A DNA stretch of 63,201 nt, filler included, from Licmophora abbreviata (lineage: Eukaryota): assembly GCA_900291995.1 (NCBI GenBank). It is 19 parts of 19 records of this genome, joined end to end, with 100 filler letters (N's around TTAATTAATTAA, not from the genome) between each part and the next. Parts side by side here need not be neighbours in the genome. Positions count along the whole stretch, not along the records: positions 8,368 to 11,303 come from OLMU01003865.1; positions 11,404 to 12,851 come from OLMU01003866.1; positions 12,952 to 22,707 come from OLMU01003867.1; 16 more parts are not named here. One strand, 5' to 3'. Position 1 is the stretch's first letter. The number at the start of each line of letters is the position of its first letter. The notes under the pieces were generated by a model, which had not been told where the DNA came from, did no database searches, and saw nothing but the letters and a program-made list of their open reading frames with translations. Shown in pieces: positions 11,148 to 22,122 of the stretch. The translations under genes were made by a program, and so were the position numbers.

Positions 11148-12382
11148 CTAGAAGCCCGCTCCACCGAAGCTGCGCGGTGCGGGGTCGATGACGACAACCT
11201 GATTTTGCCGAATGGTGGCCACGGCCAGCCCGCGCTCGTTGGTTCCGTCGGGGCGGAACCGGAAGACGCCGTTGACGCCCTGGAAGCCCGCGCTTTGGGT
11301 CAGNNNNNNNNNNNNNNNNNNNNNNNNNNNNNNNNNNNNNNNNNNNNTTAATTAATTAANNNNNNNNNNNNNNNNNNNNNNNNNNNNNNNNNNNNNNNNN
11401 NNNCGCCCACGGCTGCGATCCCGTCATAGGAGAGCCCGGCCAGATCATGCGGGCGCTCACCATAGGCCGCTTCGAAGCGCTGGCGGAACTGGGCGCTGCG
11501 CTGTGGATCGGGCAGGGCGAACCAGCCGCCCTGAACGCCCGGAAGCTCCAGCGTCTGAGGCGGCGTGTCCCACCGGCTGAGGCCCATGTATTGAACTGTG
11601 TCGGGGCTGAGGCCGGCTTCGGGCAGCATCTGCGAGAAGAGCGGCAACGCGCCGGCTGTGTTGGCGGTGAGGAAGATCGCGTCGGCGCCATTCTGGGTGG
11701 CGGCCATCCTGATCTGTGGGACGGCGGCGACCACGCCGTCTTGCGAAAACTCATAGCCGACGCTGCCTGCCTGTGTCGCCCCGTGCCGCGCGATCGCCTG
11801 CTCGATGGCCTGGCGGCCAAGTTGCCCGGCAAGATTGTCCGAATAGACCGACATGATCCGGGATTTGCCCTGCCGGGTGGCGAAGGAGACGAGCCTGTCG
11901 GCGGTGTTGTCGAAGGTCTGTCCCAGAACGAACAGGTTTCCGCCTGCGATCGTCGGATTGTTCGAGAAAGTGAGCACGTTCACGTTGCTACCCGCAACAG
12001 CGACCGCAACTGCGTTGGCGGATTCCGCATGCAGCGGGCCGATGATGATCCTGGCCCCGTCCGCCACGGCGTTCATCGCGGCGGTCCGGGCCTGCGCTGC
12101 CTGCCCGGCGGTGCCGTAGACGCGTAGGTCGATCTGGACAGCGCCAAGATCAGCGACAGCGAGCCGGGCCGCGTTTTCCATGTCGCGCGCCAGTTTCTGT
12201 TCCTGAGGGACACCCGACCCATGCGGCAGCAGCAGCGCCACAGGCACCGGCGCCGATGAGGTGATCGGTTGCCCGCCGCCGGTGGTCGTCGCCACGGGTT
12301 GGCAGGCGGCCAGCCAGACAAAGGCGAAAAGGGCGGCAATCCGTGTGGCTGGCTTGCGGACGAGGGACAAAACGGCGAACAT
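11148..12382 (-). CDS. Penicillin-binding protein activator / LpoA-like periplasmic lipoprotein (split by linker)
   Basis: Lipobox LAAC, VALLLP and IIGPL motifs; C-terminal fragment GFQGVNGVFRFRPDGTNERGLAV..GF* ending at 11148. Divergent from rsmI. Confidence 0.8.
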
Positions 12383-12468
12383 GGCTACGGTCACTCCTTG
12401 ATTTCCGGTGGGGCCGTAGCCCGATGCGGTCTCGGGTCCGATAATAAACGTCATGCGAGGCGGGTCCA

Positions 12469-13389
12469 GTGGTGAATCCAAAACGGCAGGCTCTGGCACC
12501 GGGGCTGTATCTGGTGGCGACGCCGATCGGAACGGCGCGCGACATAACCTTGCGGACGCTGGATATCCTGGCCTCGGCGGATGTGATCGCCGCCGAGGAT
12601 ACCCGGAGCTTGCGAAAGCTGATGGATATTCATGGCATTGCCCTGGCCGATAGGCCGCTCGTGTCGTACCACGATCATAACGGGGAACGGGTGCGCCCAC
12701 GGCTGTTGCGCGCGCTCGAGGAGGGTAAATCGGTGGTCTATGACCTCGGAGGCGGGCACGCCCATGGTGGCCGATCCCGGGTTCGATCTGGCGCGGTCCG
12801 CGGTGGAGGCGGGGTATCAGCTGATCTCGGCGCCCGGGCCATCGGCGGTGANNNNNNNNNNNNNNNNNNNNNNNNNNNNNNNNNNNNNNNNNNNNTTAAT
12901 TAATTAANNNNNNNNNNNNNNNNNNNNNNNNNNNNNNNNNNNNNNNNNNNNCCCAATGCCTCGGGCAAGCGGAAAACCGCGCTCGAGACGCTGGCAGAGG
13001 TTCCCGGCACGCTGGTGTTCTACGAATCGCCCAAACGCGTGGCGGCGATGCTGCGTGATGCCGCCACCGTGCTTGGCGGGGAGCGGCAGGCGGCTGTGTG
13101 TCGGGAATTGACCAAGAAATTCGAGGAGGTGCTTCGCGGCACGTTGGACGATCTCGCGACGCTGTGCTCGGAGCGACCTCTCAAGGGTGAAATCGTGGTC
13201 TTGGTGGATCGTGGGCGTTTACCGAAAATTCGGGAATTTGATTTAGACGAAAGACTGATGGCGGTCCTGTCGGAGCATTCGGTGCGTGATGCGGCGGATA
13301 TGGTTGCGGCGGAACTGGGGCTGAAACGGCGGCAGGTCTATCAGCGGGCGCTGGAGCTGGACCGGCAGCAAACGGATGATGCGGGATGA
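12469..13389 (+). CDS. rsmI: 16S rRNA C1402 2'-O-methyltransferase (extra base near 12743; split by linker)
   Basis: LYLVATPIG, AAEDTR, (A)SEAGTPMVADPG after correction, FYESPKR and CRELTKKFEE. Confidence 0.93.
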
Positions 13390-13904
13390 CGAGCGATCTT
13401 CTTGGGGAGTTGGATGTGTTTGAAACGGACCTGTTTGGCTATGCCGCGGCACGGGAGCGTGACAGGGCATTGCCCCAGCCGTCGGCGGCCATTGGGGGCG
13501 ATGCCCGCAAGGATGACGCTGCGGGTCCTGCGACGACTGCACGGCGCGATCGTGGGCTGCGGTCTTGGCTGGCGGGTGCGGCTGCTGAAAAGATCGTGGC
13601 GCTGGCCTATGACAAAAGGGGCATCGACTTGCTCGAGACGCGGTGGCGTGGGCGTGGCGGTGAGATTGACCTGATCCTGCGCGATGGGCCCGAGATCGTG
13701 TTCTGCGAGGTCAAGGCGGCGCGCAGCACGCAAGAGGCGATCCTGCGGCTGCGCCCGGCCCAGATGCGGCGCATTCATGCCGCCGCCTCGGAATATCTGG
13801 GGAGGGTGCCCGAAGGACAATTGGCGCAGGTGCGGTTCGACCTGGCGGTTGTCGACGGAACGGGGCGCGCGGACATCCTCGAGAATGCGTTTGGCCATTT
13901 CTGA
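13386..13904 (+). CDS. yraN: YraN-family putative nuclease
   Basis: GEIDLI..VFCEVKA..RFDLAVV..ENAF, between rsmI and gshB. Confidence 0.88.
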   Translation: MTSDLLGELDVFETDLFGYAAARERDRALPQPSAAIGGDARKDDAAGPATTARRDRGLRSWLAGAAAEKIVALAYDKRGIDLLETRWRGRGGEIDLILRDGPEIVFCEVKAARSTQEAILRLRPAQMRRIHAAASEYLGRVPEGQLAQVRFDLAVVDGTGRADILENAFGHF

Positions 13905-13964
13905 TTTGCGCTTGCCGGCGGCTTGGCCCATTTAGGGCGGGCAATGCCACCTTGGGGGAGCCCA

Positions 13965-14900
13965 ATGAAGATCGCTTTTCAGATGGATCCGATCGCGCCG
14001 ATCAATATCGACGCAGACAGTACATTCCGCATCGCCGAAGAGGCGCAAGCGCGCGGGCACAGCCTGTTCTATTACACACCGGATCACCTGGCCTATGTCG
14101 AGGGGCGCGTCACGGCGCGGGGGTGCGATCTGGAGGTCAGGCGGGTCAAGGGTGACCATTTCAGCCTTGGCGAGGAATACGAGGCTGATCTTGCGGATTT
14201 CGATGTGGTCTGGCTGCGTCAGGATCCACCTTTCGACATGCATTACATCACCACCACGCATCTGTTGCAGCGGGTGATGCCGGGGACACTGGTGGTCAAT
14301 GATCCGTTCTGGGTGCGCAATTTTCCCGAAAAACTGCTGGTGCTGGATTTCCCGCAATTGATGCCGCCCACCGCCATCGCACGTGATCTGGCCACGATCC
14401 GCGCGTTCAAGGCGCGGCATGGCGATGTCATCCTTAAACCGCTTTACGGCAATGGCGGGGCCGGGGTGTTCCATCTTGCGGAATCCGACCGCAATCTGAG
14501 TTCCCTGCATGAGCTGTTCACCGGGTTCAGCAGGGAGCCGCTGATCGTCCAGAAATACCTGCCGGAGATCAAGCATGGCGACAAGCGTGTGATTCTGGTG
14601 GATGGCGCTCCGGTCGGTGCGATCAATCGTGTGCCGGCGCAGGGCGAGACACGGTCGAACATGCATGTCGGCGGGCGGCCTGAGAAAATCGGACTGACGG
14701 CGCGGGACATCGAAATCTGCGAAACGATTGGCCCGATCCTGAAGGAAAAGGGCCAGATATTTGTCGGGATCGATGTCATCGGAGATTACCTGACCGAAAT
14801 CAACGTCACCTCGCCCACGGGCATTCAGGAGCTTGAGCGTTTCGACGGCATCAACGTGGCCGCGATGATCTGGGAGGCGATCGAGGCCAAGCGCGGATGA
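13965..14900 (+). CDS. gshB: Glutathione synthetase
   Basis: [24 protein letters not shown] and EINVTSPTG. Confidence 0.96.
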   Translation: MKIAFQMDPIAPINIDADSTFRIAEEAQARGHSLFYYTPDHLAYVEGRVTARGCDLEVRRVKGDHFSLGEEYEADLADFDVVWLRQDPPFDMHYITTTHLLQRVMPGTLVVNDPFWVRNFPEKLLVLDFPQLMPPTAIARDLATIRAFKARHGDVILKPLYGNGGAGVFHLAESDRNLSSLHELFTGFSREPLIVQKYLPEIKHGDKRVILVDGAPVGAINRVPAQGETRSNMHVGGRPEKIGLTARDIEICETIGPILKEKGQIFVGIDVIGDYLTEINVTSPTGIQELERFDGINVAAMIWEAIEAKRG

Positions 14901-15802
14901 GCCTGTGCCGCCCTCTTCTCAACCTGGCGCTTAGGCTTCGCGAAAAGCGATTTCTAGCAAAGGTCGAAGACCCGCAGGTGCTGCGGAACAGGTTCGAGCA
15001 GGTGGCGCGTTGGCTGTTCTGGCCGCCGAGGGGCTGCCATTTCTCGACCGCAGTGCTGGACGGGGTGCCGGTGACATGGGCGCGCGGCGCCGGCGCGTCG
15101 GAGGATGGCCCCGCGATGCTCTTCCTGCATGGTGGCGCCTTTGTCTTCGGATCGCCGCGCACCCATCGCGCTATGCTGGCGCGATTGTCCGAGCGCACGG
15201 GGCTGCCTGCCTGTCTGCCGTCGTATCGGCTGGCGCCGGAACATCGCTTTCCCGGGGCGCTGGAGGATGCGCTGTCGGCCTATATCGCGCTGAGCGCACA
15301 GCGCGACGTCATTTTGGGCGGGGACAGTGCGGGGGGTGGTCTGGCCTTGGCATTAATGGCGGAAATCCTCAAGCACGGGTTGCGCAAACCCCTGGGGCTG
15401 TTCTGTTTTTCGCCGTTGACGGACCTGACATTCTCAGGTGCCAGCATCACGGCAAATGCAAGAGCCGACGCGGTGCTGCCCGCCACCCGAACCGGAGAGC
15501 TGGCGGGCATGTACCTGGGAGAGGCCAATCCGGGCGATCCGCGCGCGTCGCCGCTCTTTGCCCGGTTTGCCGGAGCGCCGCACGTCTGGTTGACCGTTGG
15601 CGATACCGAGATCTTGCTGGATGACACGCGCCGCATGGCGGAGCGGCTGCGCGAGGACGGAGGGCAGGTGACCGAGGTGATCGCGCGCGATCTGCCGCAT
15701 GTCTGGCCGATCTTCAGCCCGCTGCTGCCCGAAGCCACAGCGACCCTGGATGCGGTGGCCGACTGGATCAAGTGTCGGCTGCCGAAGACAGACGGTAGCT
15801 GA
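14897..15802 (+). CDS. Alpha/beta hydrolase (HSL-family esterase)
   Basis: HGGAF, YRLAPEH and GDSAGG motifs. Confidence 0.9.
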   Translation: MSLCRPLLNLALRLREKRFLAKVEDPQVLRNRFEQVARWLFWPPRGCHFSTAVLDGVPVTWARGAGASEDGPAMLFLHGGAFVFGSPRTHRAMLARLSERTGLPACLPSYRLAPEHRFPGALEDALSAYIALSAQRDVILGGDSAGGGLALALMAEILKHGLRKPLGLFCFSPLTDLTFSGASITANARADAVLPATRTGELAGMYLGEANPGDPRASPLFARFAGAPHVWLTVGDTEILLDDTRRMAERLREDGGQVTEVIARDLPHVWPIFSPLLPEATATLDAVADWIKCRLPKTDGS

Positions 15803-17282
15803 CTGCTTCGGCCACGTGGCGGCGAAGTACGGCATCTGAGCCATCCAGATCCGCGATGGTGCGCGCGACACGCAGGACACGGTGATATCCGCGCGCGGTC
15901 AGCCCGAAGCGTTCCGCCACCTTGTTGATCAAGGTGCGCCCTTCGGCGTCGGGGGTGGCGACGCGGTCCAGTACCTCGCCCTCGGCATCGGCGTTCAGAA
16001 GACTTTCGGGGTGGTCGGAAAAGCGCTCTGCCTGCACGTCGCGCGCCGCCGAGACCCGGGCTGCAACGGTGGCGGAGCTGTCGCCCGAGGCGGGCAGGTC
16101 GAGATCGGTGAAGGCGACGGGCGGCACCTCGATCCGCAGGTCGAAGCGGTCCATGAGCGGTCCCGAGATCCGGCCCATGTAATCCTCGCCACAGACCGGT
16201 GCGCGGCTGCAGGCGCGGGCCGGATCGGTCAGATAGCCGCATTTGCAAGGGTTGGCCGCCGCCACCAGCATGAAGCGGCAGGGATATTTCACATGGGCAT
16301 TGGCACGCGCGATCATCACGGTGCCGGTTTCGATCGGCTGTCGGAGGGTTTCCAGAACGGTCCGGGGGAATTCGGGGAATTCATCCATGAAAAGAACGCC
16401 ATTATGGGCAAGGCTGATCTCGCCGGGTGAGGCGCGGCGCCCGCCGCCCACGATGGCGGGCATTGAGGCGGTGTGATGCGGTTCGCGAAAGGGGCGGGTG
16501 CGGTTGATCCCGCCTTCGTCCAGCAGACCGGCAAGCGAATGGATCATCGAGGTTTCAAGCGCCTCGGGCGCGGTCAATGGCGGAAGGATCCCCGGAAGCC
16601 GCGCCGCCAGCATCGATTTGCCCGATCCGGGCGTGCCCACCATGATGAGGTGATGCCGCCCGGCGGCGGCGATTTCCATGGCGCGCTTGGCCCGCTCCTG
16701 ACCTTTCACATCGCGCAGGCACCGCCCAGAGACATCGGCGATCACCTCGCCGGGTTCGGCGGGAGAGAGCGGCGCCTGTCCGGTGTAGTGCCGCACCACA
16801 TCCGACAAGCTGCCCGCACCGATGACACGGGCTGCGCCGACCCAAGCCGCTTCGGCCCCCGAGGCCTTGGGGCACAGCAAGGTGCGGTCTTCGCGCGCGG
16901 CGGCCATCGCGGCGGGCAGGGCGCCGATGACCGGGATCAAAGAGCCGTCCAGCGACAACTCGCCCAGAGAACAGGTGCATTCGACCGCGTCGGAGGGGAT
17001 GATTTCAAGCGCCGCGAGCAGGGCAAGGGCAATCGGCAGGTCAAAATGGCTGCCTTCCTTGGGCATGTCGGCGGGCGACAGGTTGATGGTGATCCGCTTG
17101 GAGGGCAGGGCGATCGCCATGGAACTGAGCGCGGTGCGCACCCGGTCACGGGCTTCGGACACGGCCTTGTCGGGCAGGCCCACCAGCGAAAAGGCCGGCA
17201 TTCCCGGCGTGATCGCGCATTGCACTTCGACATCCCGGGCCTCGACCCCTTCGAAGGCGACCGTGTAGGTGCGCGTGACCAT
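15768..17282 (-). CDS. comM: ComM/YifB Mg-chelatase-like AAA+ ATPase
   Basis: INLSPADMPKEGSHFDLPIA, GTPGSGKS, PFREPHH and ISGPLMDRFD. Confidence 0.93.
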   Translation of the reverse strand: MVTRTYTVAFEGVEARDVEVQCAITPGMPAFSLVGLPDKAVSEARDRVRTALSSMAIALPSKRITINLSPADMPKEGSHFDLPIALALLAALEIIPSDAVECTCSLGELSLDGSLIPVIGALPAAMAAAREDRTLLCPKASGAEAAWVGAARVIGAGSLSDVVRHYTGQAPLSPAEPGEVIADVSGRCLRDVKGQERAKRAMEIAAAGRHHLIMVGTPGSGKSMLAARLPGILPPLTAPEALETSMIHSLAGLLDEGGINRTRPFREPHHTASMPAIVGGGRRASPGEISLAHNGVLFMDEFPEFPRTVLETLRQPIETGTVMIARANAHVKYPCRFMLVAAANPCKCGYLTDPARACSRAPVCGEDYMGRISGPLMDRFDLRIEVPPVAFTDLDLPASGDSSATVAARVSAARDVQAERFSDHPESLLNADAEGEVLDRVATPDAEGRTLINKVAERFGLTARGYHRVLRVARTIADLDGSDAVLRRHVAEAVSYRLSSAADT

Positions 17283-17297
17283 GGGAAGGCGTCCTTG

Positions 17298-17348
17298 CCG
17301 TTAAACAGGGTTAACGGATAGCGCAGTGTTGGTTACCGAAGGATTAAC
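17298..17348 (-). promoter_or_regulatory. CtrA-like boxes upstream of comM
   Basis: Minus-strand TTAA-N7-GTAAC at 17332-17347 and palindrome CCGTTAA-N6-TTAACGG at 17298-17317. Confidence 0.5.
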
Positions 17349-17373
17349 GCGGGGTCGTGAAAAGCGCCTGATT

Positions 17374-17946
17374 TCAGGGCAGGTGGTTGATCCGCAGCGC
17401 CTGCCAGCTTGCGTTCCGCCAGTGCAATTCGGTGACAGAGAGATTGTCGATCTTGTGTGCGAAGGCCTCGAACGGGGTGACGCCGAGGGCTTGCTGGACC
17501 TGTGTGAGGATCGCGCCGAAATGGGCGACGGCGATGATGTCGCGCCCCGGATGGGCGTCAAGCAGGCGCTTGATGGCGCGGTTCACGCGGGCGGTGATCT
17601 CGTTCCAGCTTTCGCCACCGGGGGGGCGGATATCGCCGGGCTGATCCCAGAAAGCGCGCAGGTGATCCTGATCTGGGATGGTATCGAAGGCCTGCAATTC
17701 CCAGTCACCGAAGTGAATTTCGCGCAAGTCACTGTCATGGGGCAGCCGGGTGCGGTTGGCGGATATGGCGTCGGCGGTCGCGCTGGCGCGGATCAGGTCC
17801 GACGATATGACGAGGGCCTCTTGGGGCAAATGCGCCGAGAGGCGGGCGATCCGGTCGGCATCGCTGAGGTCGGCGGGAAGATCCGACCAACCCACCATGG
17901 AGCGCGCATGGGTCGGCCCATGCCGGACCCAGAACACGCGGCTCAT
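17374..17946 (-). CDS. Histidine phosphatase (CobC-like)
   Basis: RHG motif, LREIHFGDWE and AHFGAI. Overlaps the cobU stop. Confidence 0.85.
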   Translation of the reverse strand: MSRVFWVRHGPTHARSMVGWSDLPADLSDADRIARLSAHLPQEALVISSDLIRASATADAISANRTRLPHDSDLREIHFGDWELQAFDTIPDQDHLRAFWDQPGDIRPPGGESWNEITARVNRAIKRLLDAHPGRDIIAVAHFGAILTQVQQALGVTPFEAFAHKIDNLSVTELHWRNASWQALRINHLP

Positions 17947-18464
17947 GGCAGGTCGCCCTTGAGCACTTGCGGCAGTCCGGCGATGACATTGAGCACCAGC
18001 CCGGCCTTGGCGGCAAGTTTCTGGTTCAGTTCACCCTGTGCCTGACGAAACCGTCGGGCCAGTGCGTTTTCGGGCACGACCGACAGCCCCACCTCGTTCG
18101 AGACGATCACCACGGGCGCGCTGCACAGGGCAAGCCCGGCCATCAATTCGGCCTCGGCCTGCGACAGATCATTTTCGGCGAGCATCTGGTTGGACAGCCA
18201 CATGGTCGCGCAATCGAGCAGCACGGCCTGATCGCCGCTGATCGCAGCCAGCGCCCGGCCCAGATCGAGAGGCGCCTCGATCGTGCGCCATCCCTGGCCA
18301 CGCATCTGCTGATGGCGGTCGATCTTGTCGCGCATCTCGTCGTCGAAGGCCTGCGCGGTCGCCAGATAGACCCGTTCGCGACCGGTCCGTGTGACAAGCG
18401 TTTCGGCGAAGGCGGACTTGCCCGAAGCGGCTCCGCCTAGAACCAAGGTGAGTCCCGGCAACAT
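17943..18464 (-). CDS. cobU: Adenosylcobinamide kinase/guanylyltransferase (CobU/CobP)
   Basis: LVLGGAASGKSAFAE, DCATMWLSN and VSNEVG. Confidence 0.93.
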   Translation of the reverse strand: MLPGLTLVLGGAASGKSAFAETLVTRTGRERVYLATAQAFDDEMRDKIDRHQQMRGQGWRTIEAPLDLGRALAAISGDQAVLLDCATMWLSNQMLAENDLSQAEAELMAGLALCSAPVVIVSNEVGLSVVPENALARRFRQAQGELNQKLAAKAGLVLNVIAGLPQVLKGDLP

Positions 18465-18482
18465 TTTTTTATCGTCCTGAAT

Positions 18483-18508
18483 TGATCCGGATGGAGATGC
18501 CTTTCGTA
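18483..18508 (+). promoter_or_regulatory. RpoE (sigmaE-ChrR type) promoter of rpoH2
   Basis: TGATCC-N16-CGTA ending 60 nt upstream of the rpoH2 start. Matches the Rhodobacter sigmaE promoter pattern. Confidence 0.7.
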
Positions 18509-18568
18509 ACACCTCGTGAAAGACCGCAAAAGGAACAAAACACAGACCGGCAGGTCGGGGGGTCCGAA

Positions 18569-19447
18569 ATGGCACTTGATGCACCGCAGACCAGCAGCAT
18601 GTCACGCACGGCGATGCGCGCAGAGCTTCTGGATGCAGAAACAGAGTTGAAACTGGCCTATGCGTGGCGCGACCAGCGCGACGAAGAGGCGCTGCACCGT
18701 CTTATCACCGCGTATATGCGGCTTGCGATCTCGATGGCGTCCAAGTTCCGACGCTATGGTGCACCGATGAACGACCTGATCCAGGAGGCCGGTCTGGGCC
18801 TCATGAAGGCGGCGGACAAGTTTGACCCGGATCGGGGTGTGCGTTTTTCGACCTATGCGGTGTGGTGGATCAAGGCCTCGATCCAGGATTACGTGATGCG
18901 CAACTGGTCGATGGTGCGCACCGGATCGACCTCGTCACAGAAGTCGCTGTTCTTCAACATGCGCCGGGTTCAAGCGCGGATCGAGCGCGAGGCCATGGCC
19001 AAGGGCGAACAGCTTGACGGACATCAGCTGCGCGAGATGATCGCGCATGAGGTCGGCGTGCCGCTGCGGGATGTCGAGATGATGGAAGGCCGCCTGTCGG
19101 GTACGGATTTTTCGTTGAACGCGACGCAATCGGTCGAAGACGAAGGCCGCGAGTGGATCGATACGATCGAAGATGAGGGTCCGCGCGGAGATCAGCTTGT
19201 CGAGCAGGATCATGACCTCATGGCTCTGCGCGAGTGGTTGGGGGACGCGATGAGCAAGCTCAACGATCGCGAACGCTTCATCGTGCGCGAACGCAAGCTT
19301 CGGGATGTGCCCCGGACGCTGGAAAGCCTTGGTGAGGAGTTGAACCTGTCCAAGGAACGAGTACGCCAGCTTGAGGCGGCGGCGTTTCAGAAGATGCGGA
19401 AGCATCTTGAACGTCATGGTTCAGAGGTGCAAAACCTTCTCGCATGA
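18569..19447 (+). CDS. rpoH2: RNA polymerase sigma-32 family factor RpoH2
   Basis: DLIQEAGLGLMKAADKFDPDRGVRFSTYAVWWIKA, the RpoH box QKSLFFNMR and SKERVRQLE. Confidence 0.9.
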   Translation: MALDAPQTSSMSRTAMRAELLDAETELKLAYAWRDQRDEEALHRLITAYMRLAISMASKFRRYGAPMNDLIQEAGLGLMKAADKFDPDRGVRFSTYAVWWIKASIQDYVMRNWSMVRTGSTSSQKSLFFNMRRVQARIEREAMAKGEQLDGHQLREMIAHEVGVPLRDVEMMEGRLSGTDFSLNATQSVEDEGREWIDTIEDEGPRGDQLVEQDHDLMALREWLGDAMSKLNDRERFIVRERKLRDVPRTLESLGEELNLSKERVRQLEAAAFQKMRKHLERHGSEVQNLLA

Positions 19448-20211
19448 AGAGTGTGATTGCTGCCTTTGCGGTGTTGACCATGGCAAGCTCGGTATCGGCA
19501 CAGGATGTGCTGATACTGGGCGAAGTTCATGACAATCCGGCCCACCATATCCTGCAGGCTGAACGGGTTGCCGCCTTTGCGCCTGCGGCCCTCGTTTTTG
19601 AAATGCTGACGCCGGAACAGGCGCAACTGGTAACACCTGACAATCGCGATGATCCCGACCTGCTTGCGACAGTCTTGAAATGGGCCAAGTCCGGGTGGCC
19701 CGATTTCGCAATGTATCATCCGATTATCACGGCAGCGCCGGAGGCCCGCATTTTCGGGGCGCAGGTGCCGCGCGATGCGGCGCGTGCCGCCTTCGAAACG
19801 GGGGTCGAACAGGCGTTCAGCGGCGATCCGGCAGTTTATGGGCTGAACGCCCCATTGCCCGAAGACGAACAGAAGACCCGCGAGGCCATGCAGATGTCGG
19901 CGCATTGCAACGCCTTGCCCGAGGATATCCTGCCGGGAATGGTGCAGATCCAAAGGTTGCGCGATGCCGAACTGGCCCATGCCGTTCTGCAGGCCATCGC
20001 GGAAACGGGCGGGCCGGTGGCGGTCATCACCGGCAATGGCCATGCTCGCCGGGATTGGGGGCTTCCGGTTTATCTTGCGCATGCGGCCCCCGAGCTTGAT
20101 CTGCATGTGGTGGGCCAGACCGAAGACGATGCGCCCTTGCAGGGTGTCTTCGACGAAGTGGTTTCTGCGCCTGCCGTGGATCGCCCGGATCCTTGCGCGG
20201 CGTTCAAGTAA
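19444..20211 (+). CDS. ChaN-family (putative haem/iron uptake) exported protein
   Basis: Signal peptide, LILGEVHDNPAHH and ITGNGHAR. Confidence 0.75.
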   Translation: MKSVIAAFAVLTMASSVSAQDVLILGEVHDNPAHHILQAERVAAFAPAALVFEMLTPEQAQLVTPDNRDDPDLLATVLKWAKSGWPDFAMYHPIITAAPEARIFGAQVPRDAARAAFETGVEQAFSGDPAVYGLNAPLPEDEQKTREAMQMSAHCNALPEDILPGMVQIQRLRDAELAHAVLQAIAETGGPVAVITGNGHARRDWGLPVYLAHAAPELDLHVVGQTEDDAPLQGVFDEVVSAPAVDRPDPCAAFK

Positions 20212-20430
20212 ACCCCGCAGCTGTGCCCCGGAACATCGTTTGCCGATCACGCCGATCCTTGCGCCCGCAAACCCCCGGGTCATTTGGCCATCCGGTGCAA
20301 GGGTGCATGACAGCTCCTGCTGTGCGCTTGCCTCAGACCGGGCAGGCGCCTAAGACTTGGGACGCGCGACACAGGCCTGCAGGTGGTTATCTGTTCTGCT
20401 GGATGCGCAACCGGGAAAGGACCGCGGCCC

Positions 20431-21624
20431 ATGCTGGCATCGAAACGCATTCTCTTGATCATTGGTGGCGGGATCGCGGCCTTCAAATCGCTGGACTTGA
20501 TCCGGCGCTTGCGGGAACGCGGCGCGGAGGTGACGCCTGTCCTGACCCGCGCTGGAGAGGAATTCGTCACGCCGCTGTCAGTCTCGGCGCTGGCGGGGCA
20601 AAAGGTGTTTCGCGATCTCTTCGATCTGACCGATGAGGCCGAGATGGGCCATATCGAGCTGAGCCGTAGCGCCGATCTGATCATGGTGGCCCCGGCAACG
20701 GCGGATCTGATGGCGAAGATGGCGGCGGGGCTGGCGAATGATCTGGCCTCGACCCTGTTGCTGGCCACGGATACGCCCGTTCTGATTGCGCCGGCGATGA
20801 ATGTGCGGATGTGGCAGCATGCGGCGACGCAACGGAATATCGCCACGCTCAAGGCGGATGGGATCGGGTTTGTCGGGCCGGAGCATGGCGACATGGCCTG
20901 TGGCGAGCATGGGCCGGGGCGCATGTCCGAACCGCTTGAGATCGTCGCGGCGGTGGAGCGGGCGCTAATGGCTGGCCCCTTGGCGGGAAAGCGCGTGCTG
21001 GTCACCTCGGGGCCGACGCATGAGCCGATCGATCCGGTGCGCTATATCGCCAATCGCTCGTCCGGGGCGCAGGGCACCGCGATTGCGCGGGCGGTCACGG
21101 CCCTTGGCGCGCAGGTGGTGTTCATCACCGGCCCGGCCGATGTGCCTCCGCCCGAAGGCGTCGAGGTGATCCGCGTGCGCACAGCGCGCGAGATGCTGCA
21201 GGCTGTCGAAACGGCCTTGCCCGCGGATGCCGCCATTTTTGCCGCTGCGGTGGCTGACTGGCATGTGACGGGTGCAAGTGCGAGCAAGATCAAGAAAACC
21301 AAGGGCGGGATGCCAAGCCTGCAATTTGCAGAAAACCCCGATATCCTCGCCACGGTCAGCGCGATGAAGGCCGGGCGACCGGGGCTGGTGGTGGGCTTTG
21401 CCGCCGAGACCGATGATGTGATCGCCCATGCCACTGCCAAGCGTGAGCGCAAGGGGTGCGACTGGATCGTGGCCAATGATGTCAGCGAAAGCACCGGAAT
21501 CATGGGCGGGACGGAAAACGACATTACATTGATCACCAAGCACGGTGCCGAGGACTGGCCGCGTATGTCCAAGACCGATGTTGCCGCAAGGCTCGCCGAC
21601 CGGATCGCACAGGCGCTGGCCTGA
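20431..21624 (+). CDS. coaBC: Phosphopantothenoylcysteine decarboxylase/synthetase
   Basis: GGGIAAFKS, APAMNVRMW, ACGEHGPGRM and TSGPTHEPIDPVRYIANRSSG. Confidence 0.96.
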   Translation: MLASKRILLIIGGGIAAFKSLDLIRRLRERGAEVTPVLTRAGEEFVTPLSVSALAGQKVFRDLFDLTDEAEMGHIELSRSADLIMVAPATADLMAKMAAGLANDLASTLLLATDTPVLIAPAMNVRMWQHAATQRNIATLKADGIGFVGPEHGDMACGEHGPGRMSEPLEIVAAVERALMAGPLAGKRVLVTSGPTHEPIDPVRYIANRSSGAQGTAIARAVTALGAQVVFITGPADVPPPEGVEVIRVRTAREMLQAVETALPADAAIFAAAVADWHVTGASASKIKKTKGGMPSLQFAENPDILATVSAMKAGRPGLVVGFAAETDDVIAHATAKRERKGCDWIVANDVSESTGIMGGTENDITLITKHGAEDWPRMSKTDVAARLADRIAQALA

Positions 21625-21660
21625 GAAAATTAGACCTTTTACCAAGACGAAGGGGCGCAC

Positions 21661-22122
21661 ATGGTCCTGATACATATGGTGTGGGAGGATTGGGCCGACA
21701 CTGCGCTTGGGCTTCCCGAATATGCGACGCAAGGCGCTGCGGGGGCCGATCTTCGGGCGAATTTCGCGCCTGATGCGCGGGACGGCCTGTGCCTTGCGCC
21801 CGGGGAGCGGACCCTTGTGCCGACCGGCTTGAAGCTGGCCATTCCCGAAGGCTACGAGGTGCAGGTGAGGCCGCGGTCGGGCCTTGCCTTGAAGCATGGG
21901 ATCACCTTGCCCAACAGCCCCGGCACGATAGACAGTGATTATCGTGGTCCTTTGGGGGTGATCGTCATGAATGCCGGACCCGAGCCGTTCGAGATCACGC
22001 ATGGGATGCGGATCGCGCAGATGGTCGTGGCGCCGGTGCTGCGGGCGGATTTCGCATTGGCGGACAGGCTGGAGGAGACCGCACGCGGTGCGGGTGGCTT
22101 TGGCTCGACGGGGCAAAGCTGA
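21661..22122 (+). CDS. dut: dUTP diphosphatase
   Basis: [21 protein letters not shown] and [10 protein letters not shown]. Confidence 0.96.
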   Translation: MVLIHMVWEDWADTALGLPEYATQGAAGADLRANFAPDARDGLCLAPGERTLVPTGLKLAIPEGYEVQVRPRSGLALKHGITLPNSPGTIDSDYRGPLGVIVMNAGPEPFEITHGMRIAQMVVAPVLRADFALADRLEETARGAGGFGSTGQS

